In this document: positions 1-13,097 of the stretch, in pieces | How positions within the stretch are numbered: the first letter of the stretch is position 1 | How the letters are laid out: each line of letters opens with the position of its first letter | Assembly: GCF_006345805.1 (NCBI RefSeq) | Contig: NC_042998.1 | Location: forward strand, 84,258,001-84,322,000 | Direction of reading: 5' to 3' | From: Octopus sinensis | Taxonomy: Eukaryota | DNA length: 64,000 nucleotides | The notes under the pieces: generated by a model | Told to the model about the DNA's origin: nothing | What the model saw: only the letters and a program-made list of their open reading frames with translations | The model's database searches: none | Made by a program: the position numbers and the translations under genes

Positions 1-1900
1 GGGTTGCCCTTGTTTATAGTTACCTTCATTTATAGGGGGTCTTTTTTAAAATATTTGAGTGTAAAATATTGCTTATGTATGCAGGGGAAGAAGGTTTCAC
101 CCCTAATGTTTAAGATGTTGCCTGTTGATTGTATAATATTTAATTTTTCAGTAATACAGAGTTCACATTTGGGACCCTGTTCTCTGTATTTTTTGGCAAT
201 AATTTTCCATTCTATCTGGGGGTTGTTTATTCCACCTTCTTTCAATGTCCGTATCATATTTGATAGGGATGTCACATGTTTTTTTTTGTTTTTGCCTTTG
301 TATGATGCAAGATGTTGCAAATACACTCCTTGAATGAGTTTCCCATCATTCTGATATACGTCTTTAGTATTTCATCGGGGTCCGTAATCGTGACCTTGTA
401 TGTGAGTTCTTTCTCAAGACAGTTGTTTAGAGGGTAACGGTTTGAGGATCTGGAGTTGCACTCCCTTTCTGGGGTGTTTCTGGTGTATTTATGTTTATTG
501 TGATTAAGTATTATCGACCTTATATTGGGGAGACAACTATAGCTAACTTTAACAGTGTTTCTGTTGAAGATCTTTTAGTATTTGTGTGAATGAGGGAAGC
601 GGTTGTCTATTAGTTTTAAGAATTTCCTAGATATGTTACTAACTGCATTCATGCTATAAGGTGGCTTGACCCATAAGATTTTCCTCTATTTCTTCTTGTT
701 CTATTTGTATTTGGTTCAATGTAGTCTTTGCTATTCTTGAAGTTGGATCTTTCTAATGCAGCATTATAATATGGGGCAGATTTTTCAAAAGTGTCTTTGT
801 TGACGGATAAATTGGAGACCCACCTGCTAATGTTGTTAACTATTTGTTTAATTACTGCTGGTGGGTAGTTGGAACTTATGTTTATGTACGAGGCTTCCTC
901 ATTTTCTTTGTGGTAGGGTTTTAATTTTCCTGTATTAAGATTCATGTTCATGTTAATGTTTAGGAAGTTGACTTCTTTAAGATTTATATTAATTGTGGTT
1001 CTTAGGCCTAGTTGGCTAAATATTTTGCATAATTTTTTCCTTATTCTATCCATATCATGTCCATTTTTATTGTGTACTACTCCCAGGCCATTGTACCCGT
1101 ACAAACCTATGTTAGCTTCTTTTACTTCTTTTTTAAGGACATCTAGGATAAAGGCCCATAAGGTTAGCTATCTCTGCACTATTATAGCTCCCCATTGCTA
1201 CATCAAACAACTCGTCTCCATTCTTTTTTACCCAGTAGGAATTATCATGTCTATATCAGTATTTGTTATAGTGACGTATGTTTTACTAAATTCAAATGTC
1301 TACTGAAGCAAACTTTTGGAGATCGAGGGGTAGAAATCTATGATGGCGAATCGTATGAATTTGCATTTGAGCTTATCTATTTTCTTAAACCATTCAATAG
1401 TTGCACTACTGTATATCCATTGGGTAAGATTTGTGTGTACCCTGATATGTCGTATAATGTTATCTAATATAGATTTACTAATAATTCCTATTTCTCTTTT
1501 TATGGGATTTATTAGTTTACAGCTAGGATTTTGCATAAAATTGTTTTTATGGTCTTTCAGAGTTATAAAAGCATTTTGTAGGATAAGCTTTACTTTGACT
1601 TTTATTTTAAACTTTGCAGCTAGATTTTTTGCTTCTATATTAATGAAATTATATGTGGTGGGGTTTGTTTTCTTGTATGTTTTAGTTATGTTGTCGGTTA
1701 GTAATTTGTGGTGTGTTTGGTTGTTTACTTTGTAAATATTTTTTGTTTTATCTGCTTTAATAAACATGTTCATTGATGTTTTGAAAGGTTCGGTGTATGT
1801 CTCCAATGTGTGTTGAAACTTGTTTGAATTTTGGTTGAATTTTACATTTCTAACTAACTTTATAAGATCATCTTCAAATGTTTCTAGGTAATTATAAATG
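1..1900 (-). mobile_element. Decayed Penelope-like retroelement (RT plus GIY-YIG endonuclease), antisense in an ARMC2 intron
   Basis: Minus-strand ORF pieces 1300-1806 (FITLKDHKNNF..NPSCKLINP), 649-1104 (VNFLNINMNLNTGKLKPYHKENEEASYINISSNYPPAVIKQI) and 30-326 (IEWKII..KCELCITEKLNII..ILNIRGETFFPCIH) match Penelope RT and C-terminal GIY-YIG motifs. Multiple frameshifts. Boundaries approximate. Confidence 0.85.
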
Positions 1901-2799
1901 AGGGCAACATTACCAGGATAGCCCCTTCATAAACGTGAACTCATATAGCACACAAATGTCACACAAATAAGAAATAAGTTCCAATGACGTACAACCTCAA
2001 TATGCAGGTACAAGAATACCATACTCAAAACAAAAACACACAAATAATGCAAAATAATTAAGAAATTTACAGAAAAGACAAATTCAAGGGAAACAAACTC
2101 AAAAAATGACTTCTAGAGTAACATCCATTGATACATTGCTTCATTTACACTAATTTAAAAGAAATCCCATGAACGAAATGAGGCTGCTTTCCAAAATGGA
2201 GCCAAACACCTTTCTCCAGGTGATTGACTTGAAAACTTTTTAAGATACTAGGATATTTTCCTACTCTTCTTGACATGAAACCAATGGTAGCCTTAATTGG
2301 CAAATAAGGAATATATATATATAGTATATATATATATATATAATATATATATATATATATGCAGTTAGTTGGTTACCCTGCCAGTGCTGGTGCCACATTA
2401 AAAGCATCCAGTCCACACTGTAACATGGTTGGCATTTGGAAGGGCATCCAGCTCTAAAAATCATGCCAAAGCTAACTTCGTTGGTGCTTGTGCAACATAA
2501 AAAGCACTGATTCCACTCTGAGGAGTTGTTGGTATTAGGAAGGGCATCCAGCCAAAACATAGAGTAGTCTAGGGTAGCTTTTCTACCTGGCCAGCTCCTG
2601 ACATCTATCTATACATAGATGGAAGATGGACATTAAACAACAATGATGATGATATATATATGATGGACTCTCCTGTCAAAGACAACATAGAATGTTCTAT
2701 GTTTGCTGAATGACCTACACAAATAATTTATTTATAGTGATCAATTGTTTGTATTGTACATACTCCCTCCATCAAATCAACATTACCTGTGCAGGTGCA

Positions 2800-3240
2800 C
2801 AAGTGTGCCATCCATCAGATGTTGAAATGATTACAGAATAGCATGAAATGAATGGTATTGTCCAGGTGTTGAAACCATACTGATATCTGTTTGGCAGCTG
2901 ATGATGGGAATTTGTTATGCATATTTGTAAATTTGTGGTTTGGGGAGATTACTGACATTGATATTGGTTGGTTTTTTTTATAGATAATCTTATTAAGCTC
3001 AGATAGCACTCTAATATCGGTGTCTAATTTGGGAGAGGTTCTGTAGCATATATATATATATTCACACACACACACACACACACACATACACACAGAGGTG
3101 AGCACATATGTGCAAAACAAGATGGGGAAAATAGTGCTCGAATACCAAAGGTAGAGTAATATAATCTTTATTAAAGTTGAAAAATTATCACAGGACTGTT
3201 ACTCAGTTTCACGTTCCCATTTATCGGACAGTTATAAAAT
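2800..3240 (-). mobile_element. Short Penelope-like fragment
   Basis: Minus translation YRTSPKLDTDIRVLSELNK.. resembles the Penelope RT/EN linker, and a degenerate hammerhead-like motif lies at about 3190-3235. Confidence 0.35.
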
Positions 3241-3982
3241 GGGTCTCCATCTACCATATTCACTCACAAAGCTGTAGTGGAAGGCAGTCGCCCAAGGTGC
3301 CAGACAATGAGACTGAACACAAATCCACATGGTTGCAAAGCAAGATTCTTAACTACATGGCCACACCAGTGCCTTGACATATTTCATTAGGGACAGTCAT
3401 GTGTCTGTTGTGGTTGTTAACTGGACACAGGTATGGCTGAGTGTCAAGTTTGATTCCTTTTTGTACCATAACAACCACAAGAAGAGTGGTTGTTATGTGA
3501 ACTTTTTAATCTTTTACTTGTTTCAGTCATTAGACTGCAGCCATGCTAGGGTACCACCTTGAAGAATTATTAGTCAAACAAATCAACCCCAGTACTTACA
3601 TTTGTAAGTGTAGAATTTATTCTATTGTTTTCTTTTGCTGAACCACTAAGTTATGGGGATGTAAATATCCCATCACTGGTTAAGTGGAAGTGAGGCACAA
3701 ATACAGACTCAAAGAAATTCACACTCATACACACATACACACACACATATATATATGACATGCTTTTTTCAGTTTCCATCTATCAAAATCTATTCACAAG
3801 GCTTTAGTTGGTCCAAGGCTATAGCAAAAGACACTGCCCAAGGTGCCACATAGTGGGACTGAGCCCAGAACCATGTGGTTTGGGAGCAAACCTCTTACCT
3901 CACAGACACACCTGCATCTATGAATAGATATTTTTAAGAAAAAATATATTTATTTATTTATTTATTTATTTATGTATGTATG

Positions 3983-4583
3983 TCAGGTCACTTTCGAGTG
4001 CTACTGGTAACATGTAACCCAGTACAACCTGTTGCATAGTCAGGCCGTCGGCGACTAAACCGGCAACTCCACCAAGCTTGCTTGGTGAGGAGGGTGTTTA
4101 TTGGACACCCTGCGGTATGAAAAACAAAACCCGTCAAAGGGCAGAGGAACTCTTGAGAGTCAACGGCCATCCAATAAATGTGTAATTTTTTTCTTCTTAA
4201 GGCTTAAGGCTGTATCATGCGCGGAGACATAGAAATAATCGGACTGAATACCCAATCGCGCGGTTAAACCATTGGGAGTGAAGAACTCCTAGCCTTTGTT
4301 AGGGCATCCTTCTAGGAGAAGGTAACTCAGGTAACTGGGATAACTCCAACATAAAACCTGCGGCTCAGTGGTTACGAATGATGTTGACTAGTTCTTCTTT
4401 TCGGATTATGGCTGCTGTTGCTTAGTGAGTGGGATTGACTCAGTGCACAGCCATTCCTCACTTTAAAAAAAATCTTCTTGCACAGGCATTGCATGATAAC
4501 GACATTGTTCATGATTGTTAACATGTTAACAATCAGTTAAGCTTCGTGCAATGGCCATACTTAATAACGAGGGGGCAGCCATC
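3983..4583 (+). mobile_element. Structured element resembling the 5' UTR of an RTE-clade LINE, with no ORF
   Basis: GC-richer island between (TATG)n runs. Contains GGGCATCCTTCTAGGAGAAGG and AAAAACAAAACCCGTCAAAGGGCAGAGGAAC, which I recall from RTE 5' UTRs, plus many hairpins. Confidence 0.45.
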
Positions 4584-4930
4584 ATGTATGTATGTATGTA
4601 TGTATGTATTATTTGTGCCTGTAATTGTTCCTCCACTGTCGATTGACAACTGATGTTGGTGTGTTTAATGTTTAGTAGTTCAGCAAAAAGAGGCCGATAG
4701 AATAAATACTAGACTTACAAAGGATAAGGGTCAATTTGTTAGACTAAAGGTGGTGCTCCAGCATGGCTGCAGTCAGGTGACTAAAACAAGTAAAAGAAAG
4801 AAAGAATGTCTGAAAATATAGTGAATGAATGAAATCCATTTTTTTTAAATTCACGTATTGCATTGTTATCAACTTTTTTTTTTTTACTAATTAACCATAT
4901 TTTTTTAATTCTCTTTTTCCTGTCTTCTAG

Positions 4931-5030
4931 TAAGATCAGTCTTCATACAGATTGTTGTACTGTGCTTGCTGCCCAGAGACAACATTATCCAGTTGCTTTG
5001 CGAGCTTTAAACAAACACATAACGAGACAG
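4931..5030 (+). CDS. ARMC2: ARMC2 internal exon (first one seen in window): (S)KISLHTDCCTVLAAQRQHYPVALRALNKHITRQ
   Basis: tag|..|gtaaaa splice sites. Aligns to human ARMC2 SKLTSYRDCCTALASYSRCYALFLNLINKYQKKQ. Phase 2 in, phase 0 out. Confidence 0.85.
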
Positions 5031-5175
5031 GTAAAATATATTTTTATCGTTCTAGATATTATATCTATGTTTGGGGCAATAAAATATGTCATTGTAACCA
5101 TCATCATCATCATTTTATCTACCCACTCTCCTGAAAATACTGGCTTTGTACCAAACTTTGAAACCATTATTATCA

Positions 5176-5533
5176 TTATTACCTCCACCTTCGCTAAGTT
5201 TTCAGTTGTGTTTATTTGTTTGTTTGTCCATGGACAAGATATCTCAAGAATGGCTGGATGGATTTGGATGAAACTTCCAGGAATGTTTGGCCTCCTGACT
5301 GGCACAAACTGATTAGATTTTGGGATCAATCTAGTACTGGACAAGAATTCTGGATTGTTTTTCCTGTTTTTTTACTTAATTTTTGTGAACAGTCAGGTTC
5401 ATTTCTAGTATTCTCATTTGTGAGAGCAGTTGAGTTTTTCAGATATTCTAATTTTAAAAATCATCTCTGGCTAATCGTTGAGAGGACATTGGTGTTGCCT
5501 TGGTTGAGGTTTGCGCTCTCTGAGTGCTCTTGT
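5176..5533 (+). mobile_element. Helentron-associated (HINE-like) non-autonomous element
   Basis: Starts TTATTACCTCC(A)CC and ends GCGCTCTCTGAGTGCTCTTGTT with a short 3' hairpin. A homologous copy in opposite orientation is at 60723-61055. Confidence 0.55.
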
Positions 5534-6283
5534 TATTATTATTATTCAGATAGCAAGCTGGCAGAATTGTTAGCACACCAGACAAAATGCTTAGCAGCAT
5601 TTCATTCATCTTTATGTTCTGAGTTCAAATTCCGCCAAGATCAACTTTGCCTTTCGTCCTTTCAAGGTTTGTGAAAAGACTTATCCTCTCCCACCAAATT
5701 TCAGTCCTTGTGCCTACAGTAGAAAGGATTATTATCATTATTATTATTATTCAGGTGGTGAGCTGGCAGAATCATAAGCATGCTGGGCAAAATGCTCAGC
5801 AGTATTTTGTCCATCTTTATGTTCTGAGTTCAAATTCTGCTACGATCGACTTTACCTTTTTCCTTTCAGGGTCAATAAAATAAGTACCAATTCAGCACTG
5901 GGGTCAATGTAATCAACTTACTTGAAATTGCTGGATTGATGCCAAAATTTGAAACCATTATTTTTATTATTACTATTATTGTTATTATTGAGTGAGAGAA
6001 CAGTGCATGCCATCAAAGTGACACTGGGGTAAAATATACAAAGCCCAGTATACCCATCATGACTACCCATCTGATAAGGGTACACCAGGCACATGCATCA
6101 CAACCATATATGCACAATATGGTGATCTCATATCAAGATTAACAGTGCATGACCTTGCAGGTCATGCGCTGTTAGAATTTTCCAGTTAGAATTTTCTTCA
6201 GGTCAAGTAGCCCATCCCGCTCAAAAGGTCCCTGAATAATGAATATATTGTTATTATTATTATTATTATTTCTATATTTCTAG

Positions 6284-6424
6284 GATGTTGTTGTGAGAAT
6301 CTGCTTTGCTCTCGGCAACTTGACTGCAAAAGATGATACAGCTCGTGTTCAATTATTTGAAGAAAAAAACTCTTTGGCAACAATATTGAATGTTCTTCAA
6401 TATCATTTGGATAAATTTTCTACA
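6284..6424 (+). CDS. ARMC2: ARMC2 exon: DVVVRICFALGNLTAKDDTARVQLFEEKNSLATILNVLQYHLDKFST
   Basis: tag|gat..aca|gtaaga; 141 nt in frame. Matches human DLVVRVVFILGNLTAKNNQAREQF. Confidence 0.93.
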
Positions 6425-7520
6425 GTAAGATTTTAAATTATACAATTTTTTCAAGTTACCTTTAATGCATAGATTCACATAAAGATGACTTGTAAACAAA
6501 TAAGTTTTAAACTAATAAAGGGAAGCTTTTAATATTTTGACATTATTAATTATTCCTCCAAATAAGAAAGGAAATTTATTCTTGGTTTCTTTGTTCACAA
6601 CAATAATTATCAGTATTGTGGGTGTCTAGTTCATAGGAAGACAGTCTATAACTGTAAATTTTTTGTGTGTAAACAACAAATATATCAATTTATGGAGAGA
6701 TTATGTTTGCATCTATAAACCTCAAATTGGTTTTACCAATCTCAAGCTGATTTTACTTTTTCATACCACAATTCCAACAAAATTTAGCAGAGAAGACAAG
6801 ATGCCTTTTAATTTGAATAATTGCAAGTTCGTATTTTTCTCTGCATCAGTTGTTTCCCCTAAACTTTATCTGCTTTGCTTATTTGTCAGCAGTGCAAGTA
6901 AAAGAAATAAAAATTGACTCCACAGTGATACTGAAAATTGACCTGAAGCTTATTGTTAAACAGTCCCAACCAACTCCTATTGAGCAGGCTTTAAAAACGG
7001 AGCATCAAACAATATTTCATTAAATCAGATTTTCAGTTATGGTTATGCTATCCTATGATTTAGAACTTAAAATACATATTATATTTGATGGTATATATGA
7101 TGCATTTTATTTTTTAAAAAATGTCTCAAAAACAAAACAATAAACCCAGGTCCTATGTATAAAATTGGTCTTCCTATAAGCTTTAATGCACTAAAAGCTT
7201 CGTTTGTTCAAAATGTGCTGCTGAAACTGGAGTGTGTCTTTTATGCCATCAAATATGTTAGCCTCCATCCTAAAAATGGAAGGCAACTTGTTGAGGAACA
7301 TTTAGAAGCTATATTAAGTAGATAGCTGCAGAGAATATCTCCCTTGTGGGCTGATGTTTTAGTTTAATTTCTAATGATAGAATTAAATCTTTCACAAGAG
7401 ACTGTATGAAAAAATGATATAGAAAACCTAGCATATTTCTTGTAAGACATTTTATGTGAATATCATCATTTCAATGACATGAAGTTAGAAATAATGTTTT
7501 TTTTGTTTTTTTTTCCCCAG

Positions 7521-7695
7521 TCAGATAAAACTAACCAGTCTCATAAAGCAAATACCCAAAATTTTCAAATGGAAGAAAGTGTTGATATACTTATCAAGAC
7601 TGTTCGATTAATTGCAAATTTATCAATTGGTGAGACCATTGGCCCTATTATTGCTGCTGAACATGATTGTGTCGTACAACTTCTTCGTATCCTGG
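7521..7695 (+). CDS. ARMC2: ARMC2 exon: SDKTNQ..EESVDILIKTVRLIANLSIGETIGPIIAAEHDCVVQLLRIL
   Basis: cag|..g|gtaagt. Matches ARMC2 EDVLIKLTRVLANIAIHPGVG. Exits in phase 1. Confidence 0.93.
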
Positions 7696-8641
7696 GTAAG
7701 TTAGCAGTCAGAAATAAAATATACTTTTATTTGATACTTTTTACAGTTAGAAGCAAGATGTTATCCTATCCTGACTGATGTTAATGTCTCACTATTAAGA
7801 AAATTTTTCCAATTGTCTAATGATTTATTATAATCAATACATTTTTTTATGAAGTCTGTTTTGATATGATTGAGTAGAAGTGGCACTGTTACTCCATACA
7901 GCAGCTACTTGATGGACACCCTTTTGTTTTATGAGAAACATTTTTTCATCTGATTTCTTATCCTCAACCTTTATTATCTTGAACAATCCTACCAGAGGAG
8001 AAATCCCTCAGTAGCATTGCTTTTGCAGCAGTCTTTAAAATGTTCTGTTGTTGTTACTAAGGGCACTGTGGTTCACTTGAAGCATTATGAAATAAGAAAA
8101 CTATAAAGAAATAATACAAAGAGCTTCCTACAATATAAAGAGAGAATTAATAATTATTAATTCCTTACATATTTTTGGGTAAATCACTCATTTACAATGG
8201 AAAAGCAGTTAATAATTATATAATTAGTTCTCCACATTATTTCTTTTCCTGATTCTTTTTATTATTATTATTATTATTATAAGATGACAAGCTGGCAGAA
8301 TTGTTAGGAATGGAAAAGCAGTTAATAAATTATATAATTAGTTCTCCACATTATTTCTTTTCCTGATTCTTTTTATTATTATTATTATTATTATTATAAG
8401 ATGACAAGCTGGCAGAATTGTTAGCATGCTGGACGAAATGCTTAGTGGTATTTCGCCCATCGCTACGTTCTGAGTTCAAATTCCACCAAGGTCAACTTTA
8501 CCTTTCATCCTTTCAGGGTCGATAAATTAAGTACCAGCTGAGTGCTGGGGTTGATGTAATCAACTATCCTCCACCCCCAAATTTCAGACCTTCTGCCAAA
8601 AGCAGAAAAGATTGTTTTAATTATTATTTTTTTTCCCACAG

Positions 8642-8761
8642 ATTCATTCTCAATTGACAAAGAAGATCTACTTGTTACTACTGTTGCTACCATCAACAAT
8701 CTTTCTTATTACCACAGCAAGACCAGTGGTATATTGGCCAAACAATTAGACATTGCTAAAT
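8642..8761 (+). CDS. ARMC2: ARMC2 exon: (D)SFSIDKEDLLVTTVATINNLSYYHSKTSGILAKQLDIAK
   Basis: cag|at..t|gtaagt. ATINNLSYY motif is conserved with ARMC2; phases are consistent. Confidence 0.93.
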
Positions 8762-10575
8762 GTAAGTAATTGATTATGTTACACTTTTCTCATTTTCATT
8801 TCCCAAACAACACAAGATACAAGAAATACATCTTAAATCTCAATAAAACTTTCTTGCTTTTTTCTTGCTAATATGAATGGATGATTACTAAGAATATGTA
8901 TATGCACATATATATGACTCTATGGTTATATATGGTCCACTTGACTAGAGCCATGTGAGTGGATTTGGTAACTGGAAACTAAAAGAAGCCTGTCGTTTGT
9001 GTGTGTGAGAGAGAGAAAGTTTGTATTTCTCTTGTCTTGCAGGTTGTAAACAATGTTATTTGCTTGCAGTCCAGTATAAAAGCATGTTTGGCCTTCTTCA
9101 CGTGTTATTCAGCCTTTGTAAACAGAAATCTTATTCATACTGTGCCATCTGATTCCAGTTCTCTGCTTAAACATGTCTGACCTTGTTTGTTGCTTAACAC
9201 ATTAGAAACTTATTAATCTCACTTGGGAACATATGGGAGCTGGCAACATATAGGAAGGATGTCTGGCCATAGAAAACTCTGCCCTAGTGTTCTCTCTTCT
9301 CACTCAAGAAAATATTGGAATGGTATTTGTTTAAACAATGATGATACTGTATATAATTACCTTTTTTTTTTTTATATATACAAACATAAGGGTACACATT
9401 AATTGGGAGAGAAAAGTTAAATATATTAATTCCTGTACTTGACTAATATTTATTTTGTGGAGTCCTCAAGGTTGAAAGCCAAAGTCAACCTCAGAGGGAT
9501 TTGAACTCAGAATAAAAAGTTCTCTAATAGCTCAAGGCATTTTGTCTGATACTTTAATGATTCTACCAGTCTACCAATGTTATAATTATTGACATAGTTA
9601 TTTGCATTAAGCCTTAAAGTTCCTTATTACAAATTTCTTAATTTACAGTTTTTCTTTTTAACTGTGGTGTAAAAATAAACAAGTATAAACTACAGAGATG
9701 CAGTAGCACTCTAAGATCTTCAAATCTATCCAAAACAATCTTACAAAGGAGTGTTTCAGGGATTCTGAAGCATTTGGTTCAACCCAGTAAAATATGATGC
9801 TTAGTTCAATCATAGAAAATAGAAAAGCAAAGTCGGCCTACAGAGCTGGAAACTAGGAGTATCTATCTATCTATCAAATTCACTCACAAGGCTTTTGTTG
9901 GCCTGAGGCTATGGTAGAAGACACTTGCCCAAGATGCCATGCAGTGGGACTGAACCTGGAACTATGTAGTTGGCAAGTAAACTTCTTAACCATTGGCTGT
10001 ACATAATCTCATAATTTCCATTACATTGATTCCAAACTTTATCAATGAAATATCAGGGATTTTTTTTTATAAAGATCTCATTTAACCTCAGCACACTCAC
10101 TCAAGGGACTCTTAAAGTAGAGAAATGCAAATCAAGGAACTCGCTGACAGTCTTTTTAGAGCATGATCTAATTAATCTTCTTTCTCACACATATACACCC
10201 TCTCTCTCTCCCTCTTTCGCCCTCAATTACACATACACCCACACAGAACAGAATTGAAATAGCTAGATGGATGTAGCATTAAATTATCAGCCTGTAGATC
10301 TTTAGTTCAGATTCACTGCAGGCATTTCATGGCTTATTTCAATAATATACTTAGTTTATCAGACAATACTACATGGCATCCCGTGAAGAAGATTAAGGTC
10401 TCATCTGCTTAAGGTTTCTTCCTATTTACTTAAACACTGGCCCCTTGAGCTGTCAGAAGCAATTTCATTGTTACGTTATGTGCACACACACACACACATG
10501 CATGCATACCTGACTTCTATCTGTACCTTACTACCTAACAGTTTTTGCTCTAGCATCTCTTTTTATATTTCACAG

Positions 10576-10689
10576 ATTTGGTCAAATTATTACTGCCAAA
10601 CCACATGGAAACTTTAATTGAAGTATCACGAGTGTTTGGAAACTTAACTCACCAAAAGATTGTAAGAGACTTTTTGGCAGAACAAAAAG
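10576..10689 (+). CDS. ARMC2: ARMC2 exon: (Y)LVKLLLPNHMETLIEVSRVFGNLTHQKIVRDFLAEQK
   Basis: cag|..g|gtaac. RVFGNL armadillo motif; phases are consistent. Confidence 0.93.
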
Positions 10690-12912
10690 GTAACCTGTTT
10701 AGAATTTTATGAGTAATTGTAATCCTTGACCATTTAGGAAGGGTCAAGGAATACAATTTCGTATATACAAAATCTAAAGTCAGACACTGCTGAAGCATGA
10801 AACAAACTACATGCATCAGTTGTTAGTTGCTGAGACATTGCATCCTTTAAAACCTCCATGCTTCCTGAAATTTGCCAACACTACACCTGATATCCACCCC
10901 ATCCATACACATGCACACATGCAGTGGCAGACTGGGTCTAAAAATATTGGTTGCCAGGAGACTAAGGAGGCCCACACACAACTACAAAGCTATCATTTAA
11001 TTATTTTTTTGTTAAAAGTATTCTTTTCAACTGTCTACAAACACAGCCAGGCTGAAATAATTGATGCATTCTTCCAGGAGTGAAGTAAAAATTCTCAAAC
11101 TTGAGGAGATGGACCCCTTAGATACTAACATGGGCCCCCATATATAGATTCTAATGGTGCAGGGGCCCACTTGCCATCAGGTAAGCTGGCAACCTGGCTA
11201 GTCTGCCACTGCACACATGTATATCATGACTTTTACACTGTTCACTTTCCTGATTTTGGGACATAATTCTATGTACTACATGTGCACCTTTGATGAGTGC
11301 ACCTGATCACTATACACGATAATTTCATTATTATTATTATATACATAACAGATTGTTTTTTCCAACATAGCTATTTGGTTTTGATTAATAAAAATAAATG
11401 TTAGTATGAAATGGGCCTGAATTTTAGGTTCCAGCATAAGTAATGTTTATTTGCTAACTTGAAGGTCCTCTGTCAGTTATGACAGCAAAAGTCTCAGTTG
11501 ATCCAATCAGTGGAACAGCTTGCTCATGAAAATAGCATGCAAGTGCCTGAGCACTCCACAGATATCTGTACCATTAACATAGTCCTCAGGGAGATTCAGC
11601 ATGACACAATGTAACAAGGATGACTCTTAGAAATACAGGTACAACTTAATGTTTGCCAGCTGAGTGGATTGGAACAATGTGAAATAAAGCATCTTGCTCA
11701 TGAACACCAGGAATTGAACTCATAACCTTATGACTATGAGCCAAATAGCCTAATCAATAAGCCATGCGTCTGCACCAGCACGTTTTTAGTACCTCTTTGT
11801 ATTAGTATATTATACTATGAGCATTAATCTTCTTAATTTCATCTCAAATATAACACTACAAATCCATATGATGGCCAAATTTATTTTCATCATTGGGAGG
11901 CAAAATGGCTGAGTTCCTTTCAAGTGTTGGGCCTTACGAAGGCAACAACCAAGACGTTTGCCATTATGTAGTGCTGGAGAAGACCCATCAAGCTGAGCAA
12001 AATCGCAGTCGTGGCAGATACCAGTGTCATGCAAATTGGCACCTATGCTGGTGGCACGTAAACGCACTCCGGTGTCACACAAATGGCACACCGTGCCAGT
12101 GGCACATAAATGCACCCATTACACCCTCAGAGTGGTTGACATTAGGAAAGGCATCCAGCTGTAGAAAACTGTGCCAAACAGACTGGAGTCTGGTTCAGCC
12201 TTCCAGCGTGCCAGCTCAGTCAAACCATCCAACAGATGCCAGCATAGACAACAGACATTAAATATTGATGGTTTTTGTTTGCTTTTTATTTATTTACAGC
12301 TGTGCTTTTGAATCAGATTCAGCATTTAACAAGTCATTGTTATAAACTGGATAACATCCTCATTTCTTTCTAGTGTAGGACTCTCTTTTAACAGAAGACA
12401 CTGTCCAAAATATTAGTTTCTCCACCTTATCTGTCAGTGCATCAACATGCACCACTCACGTTTAATTTCTGAAGTGATTATTACCATTGCAGATAATCAC
12501 TAGTCTACCAACATTAATGTCTGTTCTTATTTTTAATTGATGTGCCATCAACATCCTGGGCAAGACATTAAATTGCATCAGTGGTAAGGCTCCAGCTTCA
12601 GTGTTCAGGAGTTCATCTGTCTGTTTGCCTACCTGTCTGTCTTGATAATAGTGAACTGACAGAAACATCAAGTTTCACATTTAAAGGTTTATTTAACCAG
12701 TTAATTCATTGAATAATCCTTAAAAGCAGAACTTACAGTCCAGACCAACTCAAAATTTGCAATAAATTTTACTGTATAGTCAGCCCATTCCCTTTCAGTA
12801 AATATGTTTTGTTGTTTTCCATAATTTGGTTAACAATACTAAATAGCACACACACACACATACACGTGTATGTATGTAAATGAAAGAATATATATATATT
12901 TGTATATTGTAG

Positions 12913-13045
12913 TGCAAGAGACCTTCATAGAATTATTAGATTCTGACAATCGAGAAGTTGTTTATATTTCTTGTGGAGTCCTCGTGAATTTCATGGCTGA
13001 TAAAGAAAAGCGACCTGTACTGATGCAAGGAGGAGGCATTGAAAA
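12913..13045 (+). CDS. ARMC2: ARMC2 exon: (V)QETFIELLDSDNREVVYISCGVLVNFMADKEKRPVLMQGGGIE(K)
   Basis: tag|..aa|gtaagt. Matches ARMC2 ACGVLLNLTVDKDKRVILKEGGGIKK. Confidence 0.93.
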
Positions 13046-13097
13046 GTAAGTTGCTTCATTCCAATTTTTGTTTAATGCCAAAAGAGCTGTTCTTTAA

